A stretch of 64,000 bases of DNA, taken from Torpedo marmorata (taxonomy: Eukaryota). How positions within the stretch are numbered: position 1 is the stretch's first letter; every line of letters starts with the position of its first letter. The notes beneath the pieces were generated by a model. It made no database searches and was not told the origin of the DNA. It saw only the letters and a program-made list of their open reading frames with translations. Below, one piece after another: positions 36,256 through 49,684 of the stretch. A program made the translations under genes and the position numbers. The stretch is taken from contig OZ360231.1 of assembly GCA_977017645.1 (NCBI GenBank), positions 65,720,001-65,784,000 of the forward strand. Direction: 5' to 3'.

Positions 36256-38269
36256 GTAGGAGATTTCAAAGAATTTGGTGAAAAATTTAATCTGCTCTTG
36301 TGACTACATTTTTTATGCATCTGGTTCAATAATATTTCTGGTCATTGTTAACCTTCAGAATGAATAATTCCTCAATGAGAGATTCTGCCAATTGTCCTTG
36401 TAGCCAACTTTTGAGGAAGTTCTTAAAAATGAATGACATTTGGACATAACAGCACTAATAGCAAAGATTCAATGTTTTAAATATATATATACACCGGTAT
36501 ATATTTAAAAAAAATAATTATTATTTTAAGACATTGAGTATCATGGGAAATCATTTTGATTATTTTGTTTAACTTGTTTTCAGTTGTTTAAGATTTAGTT
36601 ACTCAATGATGGATTGAAATTGATTTAAAATACTAATTTTTTCAATTAATTGTTTTTTGTTTTATTTCAATAAAACAAAACCTATTTATTACTCAAAAGT
36701 ATATAACAATGTTTTTAAAGCAAACTCTTAACAAGAAAAGAATGCTTTAAAATATTGCCAAGCTGCTAGTTCATGGCAGATTTTCCTTTCAACTTTTCAT
36801 AAAATATAATCAAAATGCAAAAAAAAACTTTTTTTCGGATGCCATGACCCTAAAAATTGCACATTTTATTGCTGTGTGATACTTTTTCACAGAAAGATTT
36901 AAAAATTAGGATGTTTTTTAGAAGTCGTGTTTATCAGTATTTTTCAACAGACTAAAATTTAATGCATATAGTCCTCTATTCGATTTCTCTTGAAAGTCTT
37001 TAGAAGGTCACATGCTAAGTCAGGCAGCTGTATTTGTAAAATGTCTAATGCTTGTTTACCAAGGTGAATTCATTTCCAGGAAAGCAACAGCACATGATTA
37101 TTGGTTCAGACTCTGTTTATAGAACAGCTAATGGAGGTACAAGAAGAAACTGATCTCTTAAAAGCCCCATTTGAATAAACATTTTTTACGTGTTGGTTAT
37201 TGTGTGTATTTGATGTGATCTCGTGATCTATAATATTGCCCATTTTGTAGAAATGTACAGATGATATTAGGGAATGTGCTGTCTCACTTCTCCAGTTGCA
37301 TGCATATTTACCCGTTTTCTGTATGCATTTTAAACCTCTGCGTCCAGTTCTTTTGTTGCTAACCTGCTATGACACTATTCAATTTATAATTAAATAGGAC
37401 TGACTGTTCCCATTAAATGTCATCAATTCTTTTCACATTCACTGACAGTGGAAGCAAATAATTAAAGCTTAATGGCATATTTATATATGTGTCAGTAATT
37501 TTGCCATCCAGTAAACAAAAAGCACTATGGATGAAGTTCTTCCAACTGTTAATGTCAGTACAATATTGTAGGGTGTAGGGTTCTAAGAAAAATATTTCTT
37601 GTAATATTTCCAACAACTGTTCTATAAACCATTGTTTTTTAAAAAGGTTTATCACCGAAGATGTACAGTAAAGAATGAATAGGTATCTAAGACCAGTTTT
37701 TAAAAAATTTCCCAGTTTTATACCACATTTTTCATTGTGTTCAATGCCACACACATATTGTCTTTTACATGTTCATTTACTGTTTTTCAGTGAGAATATA
37801 TACAGGCTCATTCAGAAATTTCAGGAATGTTCCTCCCCACCTTTTATCCCTGGTGACTGAAAATGGAGTCACCAGGGATAGAGAAACCGGGGCTATCAGT
37901 TTTTCTTTTGATAAGGCTGTGAGAGATTCTTTCCAATGCCAAATAGATTTATTTGTAAATTACAATTGAATCTTGTGGGTATTGGAAAACAAACATGAAT
38001 AACATTCATTTACCAAAGTTATAACATGCAATAGAAAGGTGTAATGAAACCAAATATCCAAAGATTATGTTTCATATAGAGCTGGAGTCTTTACCTCCAA
38101 TATCTAAATTTTTTTGTAAGAACTATTTATGCATTTTTGAATCTTATTGTTGCTTAGGTCATGACTGCACACTGCTCTTGTCAGGAAAACATGTTCCAAA
38201 TTAATAGTCTGGTTTTGAAATAATTGAATAGTGCTTTCATTTTCATCCAGAATTCTTATTCATATCTAG

Positions 38270-38365
<96 letters not shown>

Positions 38366-40114
38366 TAGTGCTTTCTATGTTAAATGTAGATTTGCCTGAA
38401 GTAAGTAACAGGGTAGAAATTCATTGTTAATTGCATGCACTGACTGTGCATTTTAATTACAACAGCACTTGTGCTTAGTTACTTAAATTCACCTTTCTTT
38501 GAATTAAATGTTGTACTGGATGGTTAAAACCTTTGATTTCTTAATAAAATTTCATTTTATTAAATTAAAAAAAGGAAAAGAGATTGAATTCAATTTGCAG
38601 CTGTGGTGGAGCAAAACGTGCAAAATTTGAAAGTGGATTTCAAGATAGTAATTACATTGAATAATTTTGTCATAATTTCTAACTATGCTTGAATATTTTT
38701 TAAATATTTAGTAAGACCCTAACTCGTTGTACTTCCTTGTCATACATCTTTTACACATTGTGTCCAGACAGAGAGATTTCCCTAATTTTTAGTGTCTTTG
38801 TCTGGATGCAATGTAATGAATAGTTCTGTCAAGAAAAAGTGCAAACTCACAGCTTGTCCTCGTATCAAAGAGAGGCAGTGTTTTATACAGCTTTTTATTT
38901 ACAGATGAAAGATAATATTAAAAAATGCATGAGAATCTGACAAATGTTTTGACTGTTAAATATTGCAAGATTAGTGCAGTAAAGTAGACCACTTTAGTTG
39001 ATATATTGCATTGAAATAAGTTTAAGAGTAACCCTAACTGTTATACAGTTCCAAAAACTGCTTGCAGATTACCTGACATTCTTTGTGTCACTTTCCCACA
39101 ACTGATGTCAACAGTTTCAATCTAATTTTCCCTGTCCTGCTTTTGTAGAGCTCTGGTTACTTTATATATGCAGATTATTTAATATGTACCTTTTTGTAAC
39201 ATCATCTCTCAGTTGTTACTTCCAAACTAAAGATCCTAGTTGTCATTATCTTTTTTTTCCCGCATCCAATCTGCCAAGGACAAATCTCACCACTCAATAG
39301 CCCAAATATTTCCATAACTTTCAGTGGCTGAGAGGTTTGAGGGAAATCAAACTTGGGTTCATTGAAGGATTGCTTGACTGGGAAGCAAGGCTGTTTTTTT
39401 GGATTATTGTGTTGGGATTTGTGACAAGACAGAACTGGGCCTCCATAATAGGAGACTAATGAGGGTAGTGGGAGCTAGTAAACAGATGAATAGGTAGGTG
39501 AGCCAGTGGCAGAAGCCGCAGCAGTATTTAACTAAAAAAGACACAGCAGCTCTGTGACGAAACACAAAGGGCCTTCTAGAGGGGAAATTCTATGAAGCAG
39601 GGGAAGTAAAAACTTGAATTCTGAGAATCTGAAATTATACACTTGCCTTCATTAGTCTTTTAGCAAATTATATGTTGTTTTGCAGGAAATACATGGCACA
39701 ATTTCACCTTTTGGTCACGTTAATCACAATAATTAAAACTGATAGTCACTTCACATTGAGTAGTTTAACATTGTGGTGACAGCACTACCTACAGATGAGA
39801 TACCATTATTTTGTTGAGGTCATCCCTCAACTTTAATGTACAATTAAATAGGAAAAGAAGATTATGACATATACATTCATGATGTACCAATTTTGTTTTT
39901 TCAGTTGCAAATTCCCACACTGAAACGCAATGATCAAAATGTTATTAGATCAGGCTCCCTGCCTGGTACCATTGCCTGTAGCACCCCATTCCTGAACTTG
40001 CATGGATCAAATGTGGCCAGCTGATCTTGCTGGCTCACTAACTCTCAGGTGCCAAGGTCTGGACAGTGACTGGGCCCCAGACTGCACAGTGAAAAGGTCC
40101 TGCTTCTGAACTAC

Positions 40115-41263
40115 CCTTGACAGTCCCCTGCAAGGATTCCATCCCCTTCTCTCAATTTCTCCGTCTCCGCTGCATCTGATGAGGTCTTCCAGATCTTCTG
40201 AAATGTCTGCCTTCTTCCACAAACGTGGCTTCCCCTCCACCACCATCAACTCAGCCCTCACCCGTATCTCCTCCATTTCCCGCTCATCTGCCCTGGCCCC
40301 CTCTGCCCCCAGATGCAACAAACATAGAATCCTCCTCATCCTCACCTACCACCCCACCAGCCTCCGCACCAACACATTATCCGCCGGAATTTCCGGCACT
40401 TACTACAGGATCCCACCACCAGACACATTTTTCCTTCTCTCCTCTCGGCCTTCCGCAGGGACCGCTCCCTCCGCGATTCCCTCGTGCACTCATCCCTCCC
40501 CACCCATCGCACCCCCGGCGCCTTCCCCTGTGCCCGCAGGAGGTGCAACACTTGTGCCCACAACTCCTCCCTCACCACGGTCCAGGGCCCCAAACAGGCC
40601 TTTCAAGTGAAGCAACACTTCACTTGTACATCCAGAGAACTTATTTACTGCATCCGGTGCTCCCTTTGTGGCATTCTCTACATCGGAGAGACCAGTCGTA
40701 GATTGGGAGATTGCTTTGCTGAGCACCTCCTCTCTGTCCGCAACAACAGCAACCTCCCAGTAGCCAACCATTTCAATTCCGAGTCACACTCCCACACTCA
40801 CATGTCTGTCCATGGCCTTATGTACTATCCCACCCAGACTACCCGCAAATTGGAGGAACAACATCTTATTTTCCGTCTGGGCACTCTCCAGCCAGATGGA
40901 ATTAACATTGACCTTTCTGCTTTCCTCTAAACCTGCTCGCCTTTTCCTTCCCCTCCCCCCTTATCTGTCCTTCCAGTTTTTTCCACCCACCCAGCCATCA
41001 CTCCTCCCCCTCTTTGCTGCTGTCCCCTCCCTCCTTTCTCTACCTATCATCTCTTGCCTTTGCCATCCCCCCTTCTCCCCCTCACTCTTTTGTTTGGACG
41101 TCTGCCGGCATTTTCTCATACTTTGATGAAGGGCTCAAGCCCGAAACGTCGGTTATGTATTTCTACCTTTGCTATATAAAAGACACTGTTTGACCTGCTG
41201 AGTTTCTCCAGCATTTGTGTTTTTTACTTCAACCACGGTGTCTACAGATTTTCATGATTTACT
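40115..41263 (+). mobile_element. 5'-truncated Neptune-type PLE (thumb, Cys linker, GIY-YIG, pLTR with tail)
   Basis: ORF 40484-40930 CARRRCNTC...LIYCIRC..YIGET. The pLTR ends ...ACGGTGTCTACAGATTTTCATGATTTACT. Confidence 0.9.
41123..41150 (+). ncRNA. Hammerhead motif (C3U)
   Basis: CATACT-TTGATGAAGGGCTCAAGCCCGAAACGTC-GGTTATG. Confidence 0.75.
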
Positions 41264-41588
41264 TTGATAAGAACAATTTGATTGAGACATCCAATCACAT
41301 GACTTATACAAATGGTATGGAAATTACCTTGGTTCATCTGGAGTTGGATACTTTTACCTGTTTTACGACAGGTTCCAAGAACAAGCAAGCAAGGAAAGAA
41401 GATAAAATTACAACCCCCTCTCCTCTTCCACCTTTGTACAGGGCCCCCAATCCAAATATTTCATAAAAATCGCACCCATTTTAAAATACCCAGGAATATC
41501 AATACACAGGGATGGTCGATCCTTATGCTACACAGATAAAGCCTCTCGTTAATGTAATTATCATACAGTGTATACCATGCAGAGAAAA

Positions 41589-41756
41589 GTAAAACATAAA
41601 AGTCTGCAGACACCGTGGTTGAAGTTAAAACACAATGCTGGAAAAACTCAGCAGGTATTGATGAAGGGCTCAAGCCCGAAACGTCGGTATGTATTTTTAT
41701 CTTTGCTATATAAAGTACACTTTTTGACCTGCTGAGTTTCTCCAGCATTGTGTTTT
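41589..41756. mobile_element. 168-bp fold-back PLE pLTR mini-element with hammerhead motif at 41658-41685
   Basis: 16-bp TSD TACCATGCAGAGAAAA at 41573-41588 and 41757-41772. The inverted tail joins directly to TTGATGA... Confidence 0.9.
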
Positions 41757-41846
41757 TACCATGCAGAGAAAATATGGTCGTAGGTGCAGAATTAAGCCCA
41801 CAATCAGTGCGACTTAAAGGGACAATTACGTTTGGAGCTAATAACA

Positions 41847-42024
41847 GCTGTAGGAACTCAATATGTCAGGCAGCATCTGTGGAGGGAAAGGAATAGTCGA
41901 TGTTTTGGTTGAGACTTTGCATCAGGAGTTGATGTTTCAGGTTGAGACCCTGCACCAGGAGCTGCTGAGTTTCTCCAGATGTCTGTTTTTTGCTCGAGAT
42001 TTCAGCATCTGTAGCCTCTTGTCT
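41847..42024. mobile_element. Ancient pLTR remnant of a different PLE family
   Basis: GGCAGCATCTGTGGAGGGAAA... and two decayed CCTG(A/G)TG...TCTCAACC...AAACATC motifs on the - strand, then an inverted tail. Confidence 0.55.
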
Positions 42025-42421
42025 CCACTGATTAATTTTGAGTTGGTTGGACTGGAGCTCATTAGAGTCATCCTTGTAGATGTTTTCAGCTGCAACAAGT
42101 TACGAGCATCCTGCATGTTTCTGAGTGAAGCCATTTACTTGTAATCAAAAAGTAGGTGCTTTAGCTGTGGCCATTCTGAGCATGAGTAGGAGAGGGGCTG
42201 ACTCTCTAGACACTGCTACACCTGTGTAAGGTGTGTGCACATTGCAGGTTATTATGTCCCCTGAGTGACATTGCATTTGAACAACACAAATGGCTTGAGA
42301 CTTGTTTATTATAAAACAAATTCAAACATTACATATATGGTCAATTGTGGGGTATCTCCATTCAGTCAAATGCCCTATTCATGTAACAATTTTCTGTTTT
42401 GCTCGAATAAGAGAACAAACT

Positions 42422-43324
42422 TTAAAAAAAAAAAAAAAAAGACTTTATTCACGATAAATTATTTACAAAAGGAAAACCATTCAAAGTCTCTTCCCACCCT
42501 TAGTTTCGTCACTACATTTCCATCATTGTACATTGTTACATTCATTTCTATTTACACCATTATCACCACTGTGGCATCTTGACACTTCTCCCCTCTCTGT
42601 TTGTTGTTTGAGGAGATTTCCCTCGGTCTCAGCCCCTCAATGCATGGTAATGGGAGGACTCTAGAGTCTAGACTGTGGTCCTTCCCCACAGCGCCCTCAT
42701 GTTGGCTGCACCAAGCCTCAGTGTGTCCCTCAGCACATACTTCTGCAGCCTGAAATGAGCCAGTCAGCAGCATTCCTGCACGGACATCTCCGTGTGCTGT
42801 AAGACCAACAGGTTTCGGGCAGACCAAAGTGCATCTTTCACCGAGTTGATGGTCTTCCTGCAGTTCTGCATGTTGGACTCCATGTGCCTCCCCAGGAACA
42901 GCTCGTAAATCAGAGAATCCTCTGTAATGCTGCTGCTGGGGATGAACCGTGACAAGGTCCCTTGCATCCTTCTCCACACACTCTTAACTACAGGAGTACA
43001 TGCTGAGGGACTCACTGAGGTTTGGTACAGCCAATATGAGGGCACTGTGGCGAAGGACCACAGTCTAGAGTCCTTCCATTACCGGGCACTGAGGGGCTGA
43101 GACTGAGTGGAAGATGCCACAGTGGTGGTAATGGTGTAAATAGAAATGAATGTATTAATGTACAGTGATGGAAATGTATGGATACGAAACTAAGGGTGGG
43201 AAGAGACTTTGTAAATAATTTATTGTTAATAAAGTCTATTTTTGGTTAAAAAATCTGTTTTTACACCGCATGTTGTCCTCGAGATGACTGCGGTGGAGAG
43301 GAGACAGTTGCCCACCTCTTTGCA
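42422..43324 (-). mobile_element. Rearranged Tx1 3' fragment (5' inversion plus a second inverted 3' end)
   Basis: 17-bp TSD GAATAAGAGAACAAACT at 42405-42421 and 43325-43341. Homologous to 22620-23260. Confidence 0.85.
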
Positions 43325-43702
43325 GAATAAGAGAACAAACTGCTCATCTATAACAGTGTACCTACACTATGAGTAAATTGTGTAGCACTTCCTTCCCAGA
43401 AGCCTCTTTCTCCTGTTTTGCAAAGCCTATTTTGATTACTGCTATTAAGCTGCAAAAGGGAGTATGTTGATGTCCTTTCTCTGATTGTTGCACAGTAATG
43501 TAGCCACAGCTGTGTTAGGAATTATGCAGGTGGTGCTTTAGCTGTTCTTTTTGCTTGATGCAATTATGTATTTTCTTTTGTTCAGTCTTGCAATTTTTTT
43601 TTAGAAAAATTCAATTTGACGCTAGCACTAGCAGATTGATGTGTTAGTAGACCAAAAACAGATAAGTCCAGTTCCCAGCAAATAATGCCATGTGCTTATT
43701 GA

Positions 43703-43870
<168 letters not shown>

Positions 43871-46800
43871 TAGTCACTAATATGTGCATGTACATAATTG
43901 TGCATTGCTGCTAACTACAGTATATGATTGAAAAGTACCGGTATGTATGTACCAAAATATTATGAACTGCAATTTATCTCATTATTTAATCATACACTTT
44001 ATTCGAACAAACTTTTGTTCATACTATGAGAACTATCAGAATGAGGGAAACTTCAGAAAATTCTGATGGCCAAAATAAAATTGAAACAGAAAAAAATCAA
44101 AAGTTTATTACTTTGACTATTGCAGAGGTTAACAAGGAATCAAACTGTCACAGGCTGCAGGAGGTAATCATCCTCTTCTTCAAACAATGCAATTGCTTAA
44201 TAAAGATTAGAACAGAGTTATTAAACATTTTAGAGATGATTTTAAACATGTATCGGTAGATTTACTCAAAAGAAAATATTTCGTTTTTGTTTTGTCCTTT
44301 GTGGTATATTTAAAACACACAATTAAAATGTTTTGAACAATTTGCAGAGGAGGAGGTGGGTAGCCTTCTGGTCTAACTAGAATTATTAAAGTAATTTTTG
44401 GGGATCTTTTTAAAGATATTTCCTGTTGCATTTTTTCCAGTTAGAATTTGTGCAGAGGTTGGTAAGCTTAAGAGTCCGATTTAGTGTTGCTCACATTTAT
44501 GCTCTTATTTATCTGGATTTTTCAACAAACATAAACAATCATCCAAAATTATGAGCCTTTGTGATTATATAGTTTGTCTAGCTCTAGCATAATAAAACAG
44601 ACTGAGGCAATTGATTGAGAAAATAAAAAGGCAAAGAGAAAATTTTTGACAAAATATAAAATTATTGAAAATACTTGACAAAACATTTGCTTCAGGATGA
44701 GGACAGGCAGTGGGTATCATGAAGAAAATTTAATAGTAAGGGCCTGACGAGGTGATACCACAGATAGAGACAAGCAGTGAGATGAGCCAGAAGAATGCAA
44801 AAATTGTCTAATTTCAAAAGCACAGAGACAGGAAATTAAAGGGAAGAATAAGTCCATGCAAATGTCACTTTTAAGTTTGAAAACTTGTTGCCAATCCAAG
44901 CCATGATGAGGGTTATGTCAAGAGGTTTGGTATGTTTGAGGTGAAGAATTTTTGTAGGATTCATTTGCTGCTGTTTGAAGTTTGTTACAAATTCAAACCA
45001 GCAACGACAGAAGACGCAATGCAAAAGGTAAAATTGAAATTTATATTTATTAAAGACAATTTAAAACATATAATTTCTTAACAATTAACCCCACTATAAA
45101 TACCACATCATTAATGAACATAGATTCCCAAAACCCCCAGTCACATTGCTATAAGGTGAATTATGTCCATAAGGTCCACTACAATAAACACTATTCTTAT
45201 CTAAAGAGTGTGTGTGTGTGTAAAGCCCAGACCATTATAGTCTGTGCCCAACCCTCATGTAAAAATGGATAACCTTCTCCAAAACCCCCAGGTCAGTCAT
45301 AAAAATAAGTCAGTCCCAAAAATACAGTCCACAAAAATCACTGTCTATGTTCAGGGTCCAAATTCAGCTCTGTGCGCTGGCACGAAGGACTTCTTAATGA
45401 ACGTTGAAGAGAGAGACAATGACTTTTTAAGCTTACTGTTACAAAATCAAACCAGTAACGACAGAAGACGCAATGCAAAAGGGGTAAAATTGAAATTATT
45501 ATTTATTAAACACAAGTAAACATATAATATCACAACAATTAACCCCACTATAAACGTCTATAAACTCTATTCTTATCTAAAAGGTGTATGTGTGTGTGTG
45601 TGTAAAGCCCAGACCATTACAGTCTGTGCCCAACCCTTATGTAAAAGTGGAAAAACTTTCCCCAAAAACCCCAGGTCAGTCATAAAAAACAAGTCAGTCA
45701 AAAAAAAAGGATAATACAGTCGACAAAATCCACTCTCTAAGTTCAGGCTTCCACTTTTCCTCTGTGTCTGGTAGAAGTACTTCTGAATGAACGTTGGAGA
45801 GAGACAATGACTGTTTATGCTTACAAATACTTGTTTTCTTATCTGATGACGTCCCCTTGTAGGTTCATAAGGATTGCAAGTTCCAGATCAGTATACCACT
45901 GATTTAGGCTTATGCTTGAATCTCACAGCTAGTCTCGCTGATCTCACGCCTGTTCTCCACAGAAGTTGCTTTTTCTCAGAATTTTTCTGAGACAGGAGGC
46001 CATGTGCTATTTTGTCAGTCTTTTCTCTGACTTTACACAAGCCTGGATCTGGCTGTGTCTTGTAGCCTTTGCAACTCACAACTGTGTCTGCTTTGCAGAG
46101 ATCTGCCCCTGCTTTTTGCAGAAGTGAAACAAATGTATCTTGTCTAGCCTGTCTCTCTCTCTCTGGTCTCTCTCTGTCTTGGTACACCAAGAGTGCAACA
46201 ATGTATCTTGTCTGGGTACACCAAGTAGCTGGGGAAGTTAACTCAGTACCTGGCCCCAGTGTATACTCCAAAAGAATTCATCCTTCCTGCTGACCGTCCG
46301 CAGTCCAAATGGTCAGTAATGGTCCATAACACCTCCCACCCACAAAGGAAATTTTGGTCTGCAAGAACAAAATTTAGGAAAGTAACTGAGGTGTCAGAAT
46401 ATAAACAAAATCTACAATGTTCATCCACAAATACAAAATATGAACTATTTTCATTGATAAAGTTTAACATCTAGAAAGACAATCAGCAATTACATTATCT
46501 TTCCCTTTTATATGAGTGATTACCAAATTATATTCTTGTAAAATTAGACTCCAATTCAACAACCGTCGATTCTTATTTTTCATTTTACAAAGAAAAACCA
46601 ATGGATTATGGTCAGTATACACTATGAGTGGTTTTTGAGCTGTACAGATATACACATCAAAGTGTTGTAGAGCCAACACAAGAGCCAACAACTCTTTCTC
46701 TATAGTTGAATAATTCCTTTGATGATCATTGAACTTCTTCGAGAAGTAGGATACCGGATGGTCAATGTCCTCTTCACTCTTCTTCTGTAACAGCACCGCA

Positions 46801-47464
46801 CCCACAGCTTCATCGCTCGCATCCACGGCTAAAGAAAACGACTGTTCTAAATTAGGTGACTTAAGCACAGGTTGGTGGCATAACATGGCTTTCAATTTGA
46901 CAAATGCTTCCTGACAACCTGTTGACCATACAAATTTTTCTTTCTTTCTAAGCAAATTTGTGAGAGGGAGCGCAAGATCAGCAACGTTTTTACAGAACTT
47001 GCCAATCATTCCCAGGAACCTCCTCAGAGTTTTCTTACCAGTTGGAACAGGGAACTCGGAAATAGCGACAACCTTTGCCTCTACTGGCGCCAACTGCCCC
47101 TATCCTACTACATAACCCAGATAAATAACAGTAGCATGTCCAAACTCACTTTTACTTAAATTAACTGTGAGTTTTGCTTTGGACAGTCGTTCAAACAATT
47201 GTTTTAGCTCAAAGACATGCTCTTCCCAGGTCTCACTACTTACAATTAAATCATCAATGTAAGCACCTGTGTTTTTCAACCCTTGAATCACTGAATTAAT
47301 CATTCTCTGAAATGTTCCTGGAGCATTCTTCATACCAAAAGGCATAACATTATACTCATAAAGCCCAAAAGGTGTTACGAATGCAGAAATCTCCCTAGCC
47401 CTTTTTGTCAAAGGAACACACCAGTATCCTTTTAATAAGTCAATTTTTGTATCTTCCGTATAGT

Positions 47465-49537
47465 TTACTTCACCCCAAGGTGTCCACCAAAGGGTGTACT
47501 ATGAGCCAAAGTTATTATTGCATCCCTATATACTTTAGGGATCACAACCTGCTGCACTACTGCCCATTCTTCATTGGCAGGAACATCACGTGGTCTCCAC
47601 TTTCTCATCAACACCCCATCTTTTTCAAAATAACCTACTGGCACCTTTTTAATCTCCTCTTCAGAGAGAACCTTATCCCTCACCTCAACAAGATCAGGAT
47701 CGTCCTTTTGCCTTGCTATTAACTCCTGTCGGGATAGTGACAAATCTGTGCCTTTAGGTGTCTTATCAGTGGATGGGTGTAATATAGGAGATAGCTCAAC
47801 CGTTTCCAGGTTTTCTTGATTATCAGTGTCTTTTTCTTTTACCAAGTTATTTTCCACTGCCTTATCTACAGTGACATTTTTCTTAGACATAGCCCTGGTT
47901 ATGGCACATGCCGGATAAATATCAGAGTCTTTCTCTGATTTATCAATGACTGGCTTAGTGGTCATTCTCACTGCAGGAACTACTTTACCCTTGGCCAAGT
48001 CATTGCCTAACAACAGTGAGACTCCTTCTACGGGCAACTCTGATCTCACTCCTATTATAACTGGTCCTTCCACCAAGTCTGAGTCCAATACTATTTTGTG
48101 CAAAGGAATGGACTCTACCTCACCACCAATTCCTTTTATTAAATTTATGTCACCGGTGTCAGTAGCTTCACAAAATTCCAAGACACTATCTAACACAAGT
48201 GACTGAGCAGCTGCAGTATCTCGCAAGATTTTCACTGGAACTTGTTTTGATCCTGCCTTAACTGAAACAAAACCATCAATCACAAAAGATTTAAATACAT
48301 CTTTAACTTTGTCAGTAAATTTATCTCCTTCCTGGGTGTTATACATCTTCTCACTCTGAATACAAGCATTAGGTGTTGTATCCTTTTCTCTCTTCTTTTT
48401 CAACACTGGACAGCTTGCTAGCATATGACCAACCTTCCTACAGTAGTGGCAAATGGGACCTGAATTGTTTTCCCTTTTCCACTTTCCTTCATCCCTTTCC
48501 TTAACACCACTTCCAAATTTACTTTCCACTTGCTTCTGATTATCCACCGTGACCTTTTGGAAAATTCTACCTGACGTCCACTTAGGCTTGTGGGTTAAAG
48601 CATATTCATCTGCTAACTTAGCTGAATTTTGCCAAGTTTTCACCTCCTTTTCATCTAAGTATGCCTTAATATCCTCAGGAACACACCTTTTTATCTCCTC
48701 GATTATTATCAATTCTCTCAATTGATTGTAATCATTGTTTACTTCCTTAGATGTGCACCATCTGTCAAAACACACAACTTTTTCATAGGCAAACTCTGTA
48801 TAAGATTGGGTTGCTGATCTTTTTAAATTTCTAAACTTCTGTCTATAAGCCTCTGGAACTAACTCATAAGCCTGGAGTATAGCCTTTTTCACCGTTTCAT
48901 AATCAGCAGCTTGCTCTGTGGTGAGAGTAGAATAAGCTTGCTGAGCTTTTCCTTTTATTACACTTTGCAACATAAGAGACCATTGGTCTTGTGGCCATTT
49001 TAATTTCACAGCCACTTTCTCAAAATGTTGGAAGTACTTATCTATTTCTGCCTCCTCAAATGGAGGAACCAACCTAACTTCTCTACTAGCCAAAAACCCC
49101 TCAGCAGGATGACGAATTTGATCTTGGCGCTCTTCTTGTCTCCTCTCATTTTCCAACCTCATCTTTTCCAACTCATATTTCCTATTTCTCTCATCGTTCT
49201 CTAAGTCTAATCTCTTTTGTTCTAATTCCATGTCAAATTTCTTTTGTTCCCTGTCTGCCTCCAATTCTAATTTCCTTTGTTTCAATTCCCTGTTCTTTTG
49301 TTCCAATTCCAATTTCTTTAATTCCAACTGTATGTTTTCAGAGGGTTTACCCTTGGGAAACTGCTCTAACATGCTCTCCTCAAATTTTTTTTCTTTTATA
49401 TAGTATTTGACAATTTTTCTCCCAATCTCTGCCTTTTTCATAGATGGTTTTACAGAAGCAATGCCCAACTCTGTTGCTATAGCCACTAACTGTTCCTTTT
49501 TCACCTTTTTTAAAATATCAGGTTTAGGTGATTCCAA
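47465..49537 (-). pseudogene. Gmr1-like Gag (capsid/SCAN-like CTD, CCHC), protease and integrase N-terminus; 690-aa open stretch
   Basis: YELVPEAYRQKFR..FDRW..LRELIIIEE capsid; CHYCRKVGHMLASC; LRDTAAAQSL protease; AHSTPFGGHLG integrase Zn motif. The natural ATG at ~49556 is frameshifted by a T run. Confidence 0.9.
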
Positions 49538-49671
49538 AAAAATGTTCTACATCCATTGTTGCTGTTTTTTTGTTACACACACACTAGCTTTTAATTAGCT
49601 TTACAAAAGGAATGCCTTATATCAAACTGGGATTCCTTCAATTACCAAGAAGGATTTTGATTCAAATCCTA

Positions 49672-49684
49672 GGACGAGCCCCCA
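49672..49684 (-). promoter_or_regulatory. Primer-binding site complementary to the tRNA-Pro 3' end
   Basis: Reverse complement TGGGGGCTCGTCC, 3 nt inside the 5' LTR boundary. Confidence 0.85.

Noticed and set aside
35992-36303. Standalone 103-aa ORF
   Set aside because: It is DCAF6 exon 7 plus intronic read-through on both sides.
37791-37852. Possible poison exon (ttttcag|TGA...ctg|gtgact) in intron 7
   Set aside because: Splice-like motifs are common by chance in AT-rich introns, and no homology or transcript support is visible.
44696-44830. Candidate DCAF6 exon 10 after ttcag
   Set aside because: The required phase gives an immediate TGA and there is no similarity to the expected Ser/Pro-rich continuation; exon 10 is probably beyond the window.
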